In this document: piece by piece, positions 25,870 through 36,500 of the stretch
How the letters are laid out: every line of letters starts with the position of its first letter
How positions within the stretch are numbered: position 1 is the first letter of the stretch
Source: Polypterus senegalus
Taxonomy: Eukaryota
Reading direction: 5' to 3'
Assembly (NCBI RefSeq): GCF_016835505.1
Contig: NC_053155.1
Span: forward strand, 74,596,088 to 74,660,087
Length of the DNA: 64,000 nt
Translations under genes and position numbers: made by a program
The notes under the pieces: generated by a model
Database searches by the model: none
What the model saw: only the letters and a program-made list of their open reading frames with translations
Told to the model about the DNA's origin: nothing

Positions 25870-26800
25870 AATTAAATTTAAATTAAAACCTGAACAGAGC
25901 AAAACTTTTTAAAATTAAATTGCAACATAACTGATCTCCTGCAAAGTGGCACTAAAGTGCAACTTAAGAAAACAAGCTCCTCTTCAACCATTCTTGGCGA
26001 TGATCTCATCAGATCTTTTTGTGCAAAGAATCTTGATGTCACTTTGATTCCTCCTTTTCTTATTTCACCCATGTAACCCATATTAAGAAACTTCCACCTG
26101 TGTCACATTTCTTATGTTTGCTCATTGCTCTCCTTTTCTAATGCTGAGAATCTTGTCCCTGCTTTTATCACATCCAGCATTGATTATTGTAAGTCACTAC
26201 TGGCAGCAGGTGCCATTTCTAATCTTATATCACAGCTCCAGCTGATTCAAAACTCAACAGCAAGAGTCCTGACACAAACCACCATCAGTGAGCACATCAC
26301 AGCCATTCTGCTGCATCTTCACTGCTCCCTGTGTCTTACAGGATTGAATATCAAATTCTATTATTAACCTGCCCACTAAGGTCCTCTCAGTCTGTGCCCC
26401 CCACTAACTTGCACGCTGTGGGTGACAGCAGGGCCTTCAGCTGTATAGCACCCTGACAGTGGAATGACCTCCCAAAATTAATGAGATCAGGTGATTCCAT
26501 TCATTTGTTTTTAACTCATTTGTTTAGGAAGACATTACACAGACCTGACATTCTGCCCCTTCTTTCAGTTTACCCCCTTTACCTGTCCAGGTACTCAGGG
26601 TTTGCATTTTTATCAAAATTTATGTTATTTGTTCAAGATTTTTTGTAGTATTATATGTTGTATTTTATTCTAGATTATTGTCTTTTATTCTATTTGTAGC
26701 CAATGTTATAACGGTCCTGTTGTTCTTTCTGAGTTTTGAGCATAGCAAGGGTGCTATATAAATAAATAGTGTTCTTATTAGTATTTTAATTTTTTTTCTT
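25870..26800 (+). mobile_element. L2-type LINE 3' fragment (ORF2 C-terminus plus 3'UTR); its 3' part forms the inner end of inverted-duplication arm B
   Basis: Translations give ...AENLVPAFITSSIDYCKSLL...LQLIQNSTARVLT...HITAILLHLHCSL, frameshifted, and the 3'UTR ends ...gggtgctatataaataaatag. Confidence 0.7.
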
Positions 26801-27400
26801 TTGATGGTGCATCGTTTATAGTAATATCTGACAAAAACTAGAGCAGTTTTATACTGAATTAATATATAGCATAATTCAGTGTAGAATGTGTATTGCCGTT
26901 TTCTTCACATGCATGTTTAAAAATATCAGATTGGCATAAATGTTTATTCTATATTGGTTTAGAACAATATTGCACTGTACATTTTAAAACATGTAATAAC
27001 TTTTATTATTAACGTTTTACTAAACGTTAACGTGGTGTAAATATTATAATTATATTGTATATTTCGTGTCATGAATGTAAACGAAAAACATTTCAATTAA
27101 CACAGATCTTGATGATTTTAATTTTGTCGACATGTTAAATGGTTCCCACAGACCTGAACACAAGGTAAATGTTTATTGTTTAGTTTGATGGCAGAAACCC
27201 TCTGAACTTCACAATGAAGCGCATTATTTGGTTTTTCGTGTACTGTTTTTCCCTTCTCATTATTATCGCTTAATTTCTGAACGGGTCCTTGACAAGACGT
27301 TACTTTCCGGGCTTTGCCGAGACCTGCTGAAACCTTCCAAAAGTAATTTTCCGAAGTCAGTCCTGAAACGAAAGTGACGCCACTTCCGGGTCTGTAATAT
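26222..27400. repeat. Inverted duplication, arm B
   Basis: See arm A at 21370-22645. This arm combines the L2 tail with about 620 bp of non-TE sequence whose outer end carries CCGGAAGT repeats. Confidence 0.8.
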
Positions 27401-27620
27401 CTCCTGACCCCGAAGTGTTCCTAATCCCCAGTCCATGTGACTCTCAATCACTTCCGGGTCAGGTACAAGTTCTTTACTTCACCCCGGAAGCACATCATTC
27501 CTCTTGTCCACGTGTGCTTCCGGGGTGTAGGGAAAATATCCATTATTCCTCCCTGCAGCATCCCCTAGTGGCCCCCACGGCATCCAGCAGGGCTGCATAT
27601 AAAAACTACATTGTCCATGA
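27380..27620. promoter_or_regulatory. Cluster of ETS/GABP-like CCGGAAGT motifs, a 13-bp perfect palindrome around an E-box, and a TATAAAA box
   Basis: The motifs seen are cacttccgggtc (x2), ccccggaagcaca...cacgtg...tgtgcttccgggg, and gcagggctgcatataaaaac flanked by cagcagggc/gccctgctg. Any regulatory function is unproven. Confidence 0.3.
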
Positions 27621-27723
27621 TGCCCTGCTGGTCTTCTGGGGACCTCCATACTGCAAGGAGGGCTCCACCTGGCGGCTTGGGGGTATTGGCCGGGATAAAC
27701 GGCCAGCCATCCACCACAATATA

Positions 27724-29308
27724 TACCGTGCATCCGGAAAAGTATTCACAGCGCATCACTTTTTCCACATTTTATGTTACAGCCTTATTCCAGAATGGAT
27801 TAAATTCATTTTTTTCCTCAGAATTCTACACACAACACCCCATAATGACAACGTGAAAAACGTTTACTTGAGATTTTTGCAAATTTATTAAAAATAAAAA
27901 AACTGAGAAAGCACATGTATATAAGTATTCACAGCCTTTGCCATGAAGCTCAAAATTGAGCTCAGGTGCATCCTGTTTGCCCTGATCATCTTTGAGATGT
28001 TTCTGCAGCTCAATTGGAGTCCACCTGTGGTAAATTCAGTTGATTAGACATGATTTGGAAAGGCACACAGCTGTCTATATAAGGTCCCACAGTTGATAGT
28101 TCATGTGAGAGCACAAACCAAGCATTAAGTCAAAGGAATTGTTTGTAGACCTCTGAGATAGGATTGTCTCGAGGCACAAATCTGGGGAAGGTTACAGAAA
28201 AATTTCTGCTGCTTTGAAGGTCCCAATGAGCACAGTGGCCTCCATCATCCATAAGTGGAAGAAGTTCTAAACTTAGCGATCGGGGGAGAAGGGCCTTAGT
28301 CAGGGAGGTGACCAAGGACCCGATGGTCACTCTGTCAGAGCTCCAGACGTCCTCTATGGAGAGAGGAGAACCGTCCAGAAGGACAACCATCTCTGCAGCA
28401 ATCCACCAATCAGGCCTGTATGGTAGAGTGGCCAGACAGAAGCCACTCCTTAGTAAAAGGCACATGGCAGCCCGTCTGGAGTTTGCCAAAAGGCACCTGA
28501 AGGACTCTCAGACCATGAGAAACAAAATTCTCTGGTCTGATGAGACAAAGATTGAATTCTTTGGTGTGAATGCCAGGCGTCACATTTGGAGGAAACCAGG
28601 CACCGCTCATCACCAGGCCAATACCATCCCTACAGTGAAGCATGGTGGTGGCAGCATCATGCTGTGGGGATGTTTTTCAGCGGCAGGAACTGGGAGACTA
28701 GTCAGGATAAAGGGAAAGATGTCTGCAGCAATGTACAGAGATATCCTGGATGAAAACCTGCTCCAGAGCGCTCTTGACCTCAGACTGGGGCGACAGTTCA
28801 TCTTTCAGCAGGACAACGACCCTAAGCACACAGCCAAGATATCAAAGGAGTGGCTTCAGGACAACTCTGTGAATGTCCTTGAGTGGCCCAGCCAGAGCCC
28901 AAAGTTGAATCTGATTGAACATCTCTGGAGAGATCTTAAAATGGCTGTGCACCGACGTTTCCCATCCAACCTGTGCTGCAAAGAGGAATGGGCGAAACTG
29001 GCCAAGGATAGGTGTGCCAAGCTTGTGTTATCATATTCAAAAAGACTTGAGACTGCAATTGCTGCCAAAGGTGCATCAACAAAGTATTGAGCAAAGGCTG
29101 TGGATACTTATGTACATGTGATTTCTCAGTTTTTTTATTTTTAATAAATTTGCAAAAACCTCAAGTAAATTATTTTCACGTTGCCATTATGGGGTGTTAT
29201 GTGTAGAATTCTGAGTGAAAAAATTAATTGAATCCATTTTGGAATAAGGCTGTAACATAACAAAATGTGGAAAAAGTGATGCGCTGTGAATACTTTTCGG
29301 ATGCACTG
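27724..29308 (+). mobile_element. Tc1-like DNA transposon, nearly full length with about 180-bp TIRs (IR/DR type)
   Basis: The left end accgtgcatccggaaaagtattcacagcgc and the right end gcgctgtgaatacttttcggatgcactg are inverted copies. An internal 260-aa DDE transposase ORF is present. Confidence 0.9.
28308..29090 (+). CDS. Tc1 transposase, catalytic DDE part (...[11 protein letters not shown]...[14 protein letters not shown]...QQDNDPKHT...[17 protein letters not shown]...)
   Basis: The ORF is 260 aa. The N-terminal HTH part (28100-28300, ...[34 protein letters not shown]) is in another frame, so this is probably a frameshifted, non-functional copy. Confidence 0.85.
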   Translation: MTKDPMVTLSELQTSSMERGEPSRRTTISAAIHQSGLYGRVARQKPLLSKRHMAARLEFAKRHLKDSQTMRNKILWSDETKIEFFGVNARRHIWRKPGTAHHQANTIPTVKHGGGSIMLWGCFSAAGTGRLVRIKGKMSAAMYRDILDENLLQSALDLRLGRQFIFQQDNDPKHTAKISKEWLQDNSVNVLEWPSQSPKLNLIEHLWRDLKMAVHRRFPSNLCCKEEWAKLAKDRCAKLVLSYSKRLETAIAAKGASTKY

Positions 29309-30359
29309 TGTGTGTGTATATATATATATATATTTACTTTGCAGATCAATAAACTGTAACCATGTACAGTATACTACTGTATATTGTATTGGCCCTTGAA
29401 CTAAAGTGACTTTTCTAATTTCAAAAATTCAATGAAACTGAAGTGTAACGATTATCACTTACATTTACTATATAGTTTCTGATGTATGCAATTTATGCAG
29501 TTCTACTATCCAATGAATGAACGACGTCAGTTTTTCTAGCTATGGAGACCTTTTACAGCGTGCCAGGAGAAGCAGGGACTGTGAAGAGTGCAATCATCAA
29601 GCCACTGGTAGTGCTGAAAAATTGAGGACGGGGTTTGCAAAGTTTTTACAGCAAGCTTAAACGTAAGCTTATTTGGGAGATGGTTATACTTTGAATTTAA
29701 CCCGTCTTTTGTAGTTCATTTGAAGTCTTCAGTTGCAATCCTGTTTACTTTTACTTTGCCATGTCCGTTTCTCCTATTATACTCCAGTCTGATGATTATT
29801 ATATTATTATTTTTGCTGGATTACTATCAACATGTTGTTAGCATATCATTTTTGCCCTCCACCCCCTAATGTTTATGACAGGTCGGTGCACATTCATTTC
29901 GCTTTGTGTACATTCTGTTTGTACTATTTTGTTAATTTCTGGAATCTGTTTAGTGTCAGTCACACAACCGATGTCTGCACCACGCCTTGTAGCTTGCAGT
30001 ATGGATTTTGAACAAGCGTGATCAAATAAGGTGTAAACAAGGTATTCACTTTAAACATTTCAATTGCTTTTAACTTTATTGCCCTTTATATTGTTTTAAA
30101 GTTAATCTTTTATTGTTTTATGTTTTTCCAGAAGTAAAATCTTTATTTATTTTTGTATACGTTGTTCATAAAATGCACTGTATCGTGAAACCTGTGTAAT
30201 TTTACGTAATATTTGTGAATTAAGAGTATCGTCTCGTGCCTAGTAAAGATAAACCATGGATGTAAAATGCACTTTTCCACGGGTGGCAATATTGTTGTAG
30301 TTTATTTTTAATGTAAATTTTAAAATCAACGAAATGAAAACAAAATGTGACGTTAACGT

Positions 30360-31150
30360 TGCGTCCAGTCCACGGTTATTCCAGTGGTTCGCAGGTTCGG
30401 ACCTCGGTCTCTGAAACTCTGTGTAATGTAATGCTGGGGGTCTGAAAAAGGATGTATGGATTGGATTATGTATGCTACACCTGAACGCGAGTCACAATCT
30501 GCATTAAATGACGAGCTGCGACATTTGACTGCATTCTTCCCCGCTGTATATTCTTTAATTACTACCTTTGTTTCGTTTTGAAATGTGGTTTTGTTTTCGG
30601 ATTGTTTCCGTTCCAGCGAAGACTAAGCCTTCTCCTCCCCTTCCCGAAAACGGGCAGAGCCTAGACCCATGACGATCTCAGAGAAAGAAGTGGGAGGGGG
30701 GCGGACGGCTGGGTCCAGGAAGTACAGCCTGTGCGCGATTTGTTCGGCGGGCCTGACCTCCTCACCACTGTTGAGCGGTGTCCGTCCGCGACTGGTCCGG
30801 TAAGTGCAGGCCAGAAGGAGCCTTTAAATGGGTCTTTGGAATATCATTTGACGCTATGCAAAGCAGGGGCAAAGGTGATAAAACCTATTTTCGTACTACC
30901 GGTATTCTAGAAGGTGTACGGTTGGATACTCGGTTAGGGTGCACCCTGTATGGGATTCGTGCGTTCGTCCTTCGAAGGAACCAGCTGTCACTTACTTTGA
31001 CGAATATAATGGTCGTCCCGGGTGTGTGCGTGAGTGTTGGTTGGTGCCGATCACGTGTTAAAACACTTGGCATTCACCTACCTGTGGTACTGGGCGCTCT
31101 GTCGTATAGGACGTTATTAAACCATATGTATACAGGAACAGAACGACCCG
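30360..31150. promoter_or_regulatory. CpG island
   Basis: Local CpG density and GC content are far above the surrounding AT-rich sequence. It contains a GC box (gggaggggggcggacgg) at about 30700. Confidence 0.7.
30700..30799 (+). other. PARP4: Candidate non-coding first exon of PARP4 (5'UTR) ending at a consensus donor CCG|gtaagt
   Basis: An Sp1-like GC box is followed about 40-90 nt later by a GTAAGT donor (GT at 30800-30801) inside the CpG island. The PARP4 ATG exon at 45668 begins at an acceptor and no nearer CpG block exists. The link to PARP4 is inferred, because the implied intron is 15 kb. Confidence 0.35.
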
Positions 31151-33149
31151 GGAAAGTTTCATTTCAACTTGAAAAAAACAATGAAAATGTTTGCAATTCA
31201 AACATTTACAGCTACCTGTAAAGCTCCACTATTCACATTCTTTTTACCAAGTATTACTTTATTTCTAAAACTGATCAGATATCAAAATGAGAACAAAGTT
31301 ATCACTCCCAGAATACTTTGCACCATTCATTTTTCACTCATTTTGTTCAAAATTCACTAGAAAATATATACAGGGAATTGAGTATTCTTTTAAAATGCAA
31401 ACACTGAATTGTTGTGTAGTTTAACAGGGCAGTATAATGGTGTGACGGGGGATGTTTCAGGGATGCGAAATAACTGCACATAAAATTGACTTTAGCTTGC
31501 AGCTATTAAGAAGCCACATTACTGTATGTCAATCTTTCCAATATTCCATAGTCAAATCCGTTTAAATCAATTCAAGGAAGAAATCAACCCTGCAGGAAAA
31601 TCTAGTTTATCAAAGAGTACACTTGCACAATCAAATGCATACAAGGACTTAGCAAGAGTCCCTAATCAACCCAATTCAGAGTACTTTATTTCATCCGTTA
31701 GGCTCAAAGCTGCAAGAAGTCCATTTACTCATAGTGCTCAGGAAAAAGAATAAACATAATTTAATTACATGTACAGTAAAAGTGTACTCCATTTACTTAT
31801 TTCTACGTAGCACTGTTTCCCATGGATTGTGCAAGTTCACAGACTGTCAAATTCAGAGCGCACACATGACAAGATGCAATGATAGATAGATAGAGAACAC
31901 ACATAATTCATGGAAAAAACAGTCAAAAACAGTCGCACATTTCCACTTACGTGTTCTAGTGAGGTTCATAGTGACAATACAAAATGAGCCACCCTGGCCC
32001 AACACTTGCCATTGTGTCCAAGTATTTCTGGAGAATTCCTAGATTGTCTCAGTCTTGCAAAGATATATAACCCTATAACCTGTCCTAGGCCTTCTGTTAG
32101 TTGACTCTGCGAATAACTCATAATTTGTTGGTCTGAAATGCTGCTTGTGGATGGATCAGTAACACCCTAGACCCCTTCCCATGTCAGTGTGGGGTACTGA
32201 GAGTCTTCTGTTGTTTAAATCACAAACCTAACGTGAAGGAGTAGGAGGCACCCGGCTGCACAACATCCACATTGTTTCCACTATTCCTAAATGGGTCTTT
32301 GTGTTGTCACTTCAAGAGGTCAGCATCACAGTTGGGTGGAAAGCTTTCCATGAACTTTGTTGAAAGTACTAGTGAGATGTCATGGCTTACTTTTCTTCAA
32401 ACCTTTCACATTTTTTAGAACTAGGTAGAAGTTAAGTTGAAATGGCTGTGGTAATGCTCAGTTTTCACTCTTATTAAAATCTGTTCTTGATTCTTTTAAA
32501 GTACAGTACTGTTTTCTCAACTTGTAGTCTCACCTTTGGCTCCCTCACTCCTCCATTTCCTCTTTTGTTTACAGCTCCAGTCAGCTCTGAAATCTTGTTA
32601 CTTGTCATTAAGTGTTACACTCTCATGTTTACACAGCTTTAAACCCTTGCCTCTCTCGTTCCAGTCAGGCTCTTCGTCCCTCTTTAATTCCCTAGTATCT
32701 AATATGTCCTATACAGCTGCTCCATTTACTAAATTTGTTCTTTGCAGTGACTTTCCTATTTCACAGAGCCACAATTATCAGTAGAACCAGATTCAGATTG
32801 ATTTTGTAGCCTTTATAAGCAACACAAATGAGTTTGTTGCTTGTTTTCCTCTCACTTTTCTTCCCATATGACATTTCCCTCTAGATTCTCTTTACAAGAT
32901 ACTGTCTGTTTATAACGACCTTTGTTTCAGAGTCTTTCAATTCCCTAATACTCCCAAATCTAGTTTTGTTTTAAATGATATCTTTTCTTTAAAAGTTTTC
33001 CCAGAACAGTAAAGTTTTTATTTCCTCCTGGCCAAATTGTGTTTAAAGTTGTACTGAATTCTGGTGGAGATCCCCTGCATTAGTGACACTCCATCACTGG
33101 CAAACCAGTTTCTGTGAATTAAACCATACTGTATGGAGTTATATGGTGG

Positions 33150-33990
33150 GTTATACAGTTGTGTTCATAAGTTTACATACCCTGGCAGAATTTGTGAAAT
33201 TTGCCATTGTTTGGAAATATAAGTAATCATGAAGAAAGCTTTCCTTTTAGTTAGGGAGTATACTCAGGTGAAGCAATTTATTATCACATAATTGTATGTG
33301 CCCTTTTTAAATCATAATGATAATTGAAATCACCCAAATGGGCCTGATCAAAATCTTTACATACTCTTGAATGTTGGGGCTGATAATACACACAAGCTTC
33401 ACAAACACAGATTCAAATTAAGGTTAGTTATGGGAGGTACTTGAACAAAAGTGGGATGCACGGTCAAGTTGCAAGGAAAAAAACCCTTTAACTGTGCCAA
33501 TACCACAAAACAGCCCACTTACAAAATGCCAAACAAGACAAGCCTCAAAACATCTGGAACAAAGTCCTTTGGAGTGATGAGACCAAAATTAAACTTTATG
33601 GTCACAACCATAAACACTGTTCAGAGAGGAAGCAAACAAGGCCCATGAGGAAAAGTACATCATCCCTACTGTGAAGCATGGAGGTGTATCTCACCTGCTT
33701 TTCAGCTGAAGTGGCTTATGAGAACTGCTTGGCAGATGATCCTGACAGTTGTGGCTGAAATCTTGGTTGGTCTTCTTGACCATGGCTTGGTGACAACAGA
33801 AACCCTAACTTTCCATTTTTTCTCAGAGTTTGAATGCTACTGACAGGCACTTTTAGATCTCTGGATATCTTTTTGTGTCCTCCACACACTCCCAAATGAA
33901 AAGGAAAGCTTTCTGCATGATTAATTATATTTTCCAAACAATGGCCAATATTTCACAAATTCTGCCAGGGTATGTAAGCTTTTTTTTTTT
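33150..33990 (+). mobile_element. Tc1-like non-autonomous (internally deleted) element with TIRs
   Basis: The ends are cagttgtgttcataagtttacataccctggcagaatttgtgaaat and atttcacaaattctgccagggtatgtaagc, which are inverted. The interior has transposase shards (...[15 protein letters not shown]...TVKHGG...). Confidence 0.75.
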
Positions 33991-34524
33991 AATTTATTGA
34001 TTTTATTGTAATCTATATATGTAAAATGTCTATAAGTCAATGTGTGTATATATGTATGTTCCAGCATCACGTCCAAATGGCTAAATCAATTTTCATGAAA
34101 CTTGGTACTGTACACATTAAAAATACTGTTGGGTGAAATCAGCCCTAACCCACCCCCTTCTGGGTAGGGTGGGGGTGATCTTCTGGTCTTGTATGCATGT
34201 TATCATTCAGTTGACACTTGGAACAACCACCAGAGGGCGAACTGGAGGTGACTGCCAGCATTCTTTGTTTGAGCACCACCGTGCCCCCGTTGCTTTTGAA
34301 ATTAAATAGAATTCTACTCGTGCACGTTTGTGTTTATCCGGCCCAGAAGTGAGACGTACAGTCAGGGTGAGGGCTCCATCTCCGAGGATACGCAAGCAGT
34401 GCCAGCACACTTTCAAAAGGAAACCTCCTAAGAAAGACAGTCGCTTAAATGCTAATGCACAAACGATGTGAGCACGTTGGTAACACGAATCCTCATAGCA
34501 GAGAGATGCCCAGAGTAGTTCTGA

Positions 34525-34737
34525 CAATTTCAATACAGGGTAGTCCAGATCTAATTATGCAATTCTGAAAAGGCGAACACATCTCACCCGCTGTTCGACT
34601 GACAACCGTCTCCCCGCCATTTTGGAATGCAGGGCAGGTGCAGCCATCTATCAGCAAAAATATTTTTTTTGTTAATGTAATAAACTTAATAAGTTATAGC
34701 CTAATGAAAATTGCATAATTAGATCTGGACCACCCTA
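34525..34737. mobile_element. MITE-like element with 29-bp terminal inverted repeats
   Basis: The TIRs are cagggtagtccagatctaattatgcaatt and aattgcataattagatctggaccaccct, flanking about 150 bp with no ORF. Confidence 0.55.
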
Positions 34738-34804
34738 TACTGTCTAGGATCCCGTACTTTTAACAGCACAGGCTTACACAGTTAGTATATAGCAGGCGTC
34801 TACC

Positions 34805-35130
34805 GGCATTCTTTATGTTTAAGCAGCACCGCGCCTCTGTTGCTTTTCATATTAAATAGAGTTGGCTGGTTCCGAGCATCAACTGGATGATAACATACAT
34901 ACAAGACCGCAAAACAAGCACATTAGTGAGTCTTTATTGTTTGTTAATTTATTTTTATTTTTAAAGTTCTTTATGTTTGAGCACCACCACACCCCTGTTG
35001 CTTTTGAAATTAAATAGAGTTGGCCGGTTCCGAGCATCAACTGGATGATAACATACATACAAGACCGCAAGATAAGGACATTAGTGAGTCTTTATTGTTT
35101 TCTAATTTATTTTTATTTTTCAAGTTGTGT
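34805..35130 (+). repeat. Tandem duplication (2 x about 165 bp) with a partial third copy at 34250-34330 and an inverted fragment at 34195-34222
   Basis: The unit ...ttctttatgtttgagcaccaccacacccctgttgcttttgaaattaaatagagttggccggttccgagcatcaactggatgataacatacatacaagaccgcaa... is repeated. Confidence 0.8.
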
Positions 35131-35199
35131 TTTTTGTATTATGTTTTTGTCATAAAAAAAAAACTTTATTTTTCTCCCGGGCAATGCTGGGTATTTCAG

Positions 35200-36500
35200 C
35201 TAGTCATTCCATACAAATAGATAAATTTTTACAAAAAATAGGATTGAAAACAAATCAACCCCCTCCCCTGAGAAAGAGAGCATGGCCAACAGAAAAAAAG
35301 CTATTAGAAATAAGTAAATTGATGAGTTTAATAAGCGGATAAAGATAAATGGAGAAGAAAAAGAAATGGGAAGAGAATCTGCTTCCTCTGTGCTTTAAGA
35401 GCTTAATCTAAAATATTATTGATTAGATCCTGCCAGGTTTTGAAAAAGTTCTGTACAGATCCTCAAAGTGAGAATTTAATTTTTTCCAATTTCAAATATT
35501 ATACAACATCAGTTACCCACTGACTTAAAAGAGGAGAGTTAGGATTCTTCCAGTTTAGCAAGATAAGTCCACGTGCCAATAGTGTAGTAAAGGCGATCAC
35601 AGTTTGTTTGTCCTTCTCCACTTTAAGCCCATCTGGGAGTCCACCAAACACAGCTGCTAGTGGATTAGGAGGGATTGGGACACCAAGGCTGTCTGAAAGG
35701 CATTTAAAGATTTTGGTCCAGAATGATGTTAATTTGGTGCAGGCCCAAAACATTTGGCCCAGTGAGGCTGGGACTTGATTGCAACGTTCGCAGGTTGGAT
35801 CTTGCCATGGAAACATTTTGGACAATTTTAAGCGAGACAGATTATATAATTTTGAGTTGAATAATTCTATGCTTTGCGCATATGGAGCTCGAGTGAATTC
35901 TCTGCACTGCTACCTTCCACTTCTTTTCTGAGATGTTGAGTGAGAGATCCTTTTCCCAATGTCCTCTTGGATCTTTGAAAGGGAGGGACTGTAAAATGAT
36001 TTTATATATTGCAGATATGCTGTCTGAGTCCTCAAAACTGAGCAGTATTTTTTCCATCATAGAGGAAGGTGGGAGATGAGGAAAATCGGCAGGTTCTGTT
36101 TAACAAAGTTTCTAATTTGAAGATAATGAAAGAAATGTGTTGCTGGAAAGTTAAATTTGGAATGTAATTGTTCATAGGATGTAAAGAAGTTGTCTATATA
36201 AAGATCGCCAAGTAATTTAATCCCAAATCTTTTCCAGATATTAAAAACTGCATATGTTTGCGAGGGTTGAAAAAGGTGGTTCTCATGCAGAGGTGCCACA
36301 GATAAAAGATTCTCTATCTTAAAATGCTTCCTACATTGGTTCCATATTCTGAGTGAGTGAAGCAGAATTGAGCTGTTAGTATATTGGCGATAACTTGAAT
36401 TTATTGGGGCACAAAGCAAGGAATATAATGAAGTACTGCAGGATTTTATTTCAGGGTATGTAAACTTATCAGAACAACTGTACATACAGAACATTCAGTA
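35200..36500 (-). mobile_element. L1-type LINE 3' fragment (ORF2 C-terminal Cys-rich region plus 3'UTR)
   Basis: Minus-strand ORFs read ...FFHYLQIRNFV..., ...KHRIIQLKII and CERCNQVPASLGQMFWACTKLTSFWTKIF. The last is the CxxC...HxxxxC zinc-knuckle-like tail typical of L1 ORF2. Confidence 0.6.

Noticed and set aside
27415-27891. This is a 158-aa ORF on the plus strand.
   Set aside because: It runs from the CCGGAAGT-repeat flank across the Tc1 left TIR. It is a chance frame across unrelated sequence.
30778-31221. This is a 147-aa ORF on the plus strand inside the CpG island.
   Set aside because: It starts downstream of a GTAAGT donor, has no recognisable protein features, and lies in a GC-rich region where long random ORFs are expected.
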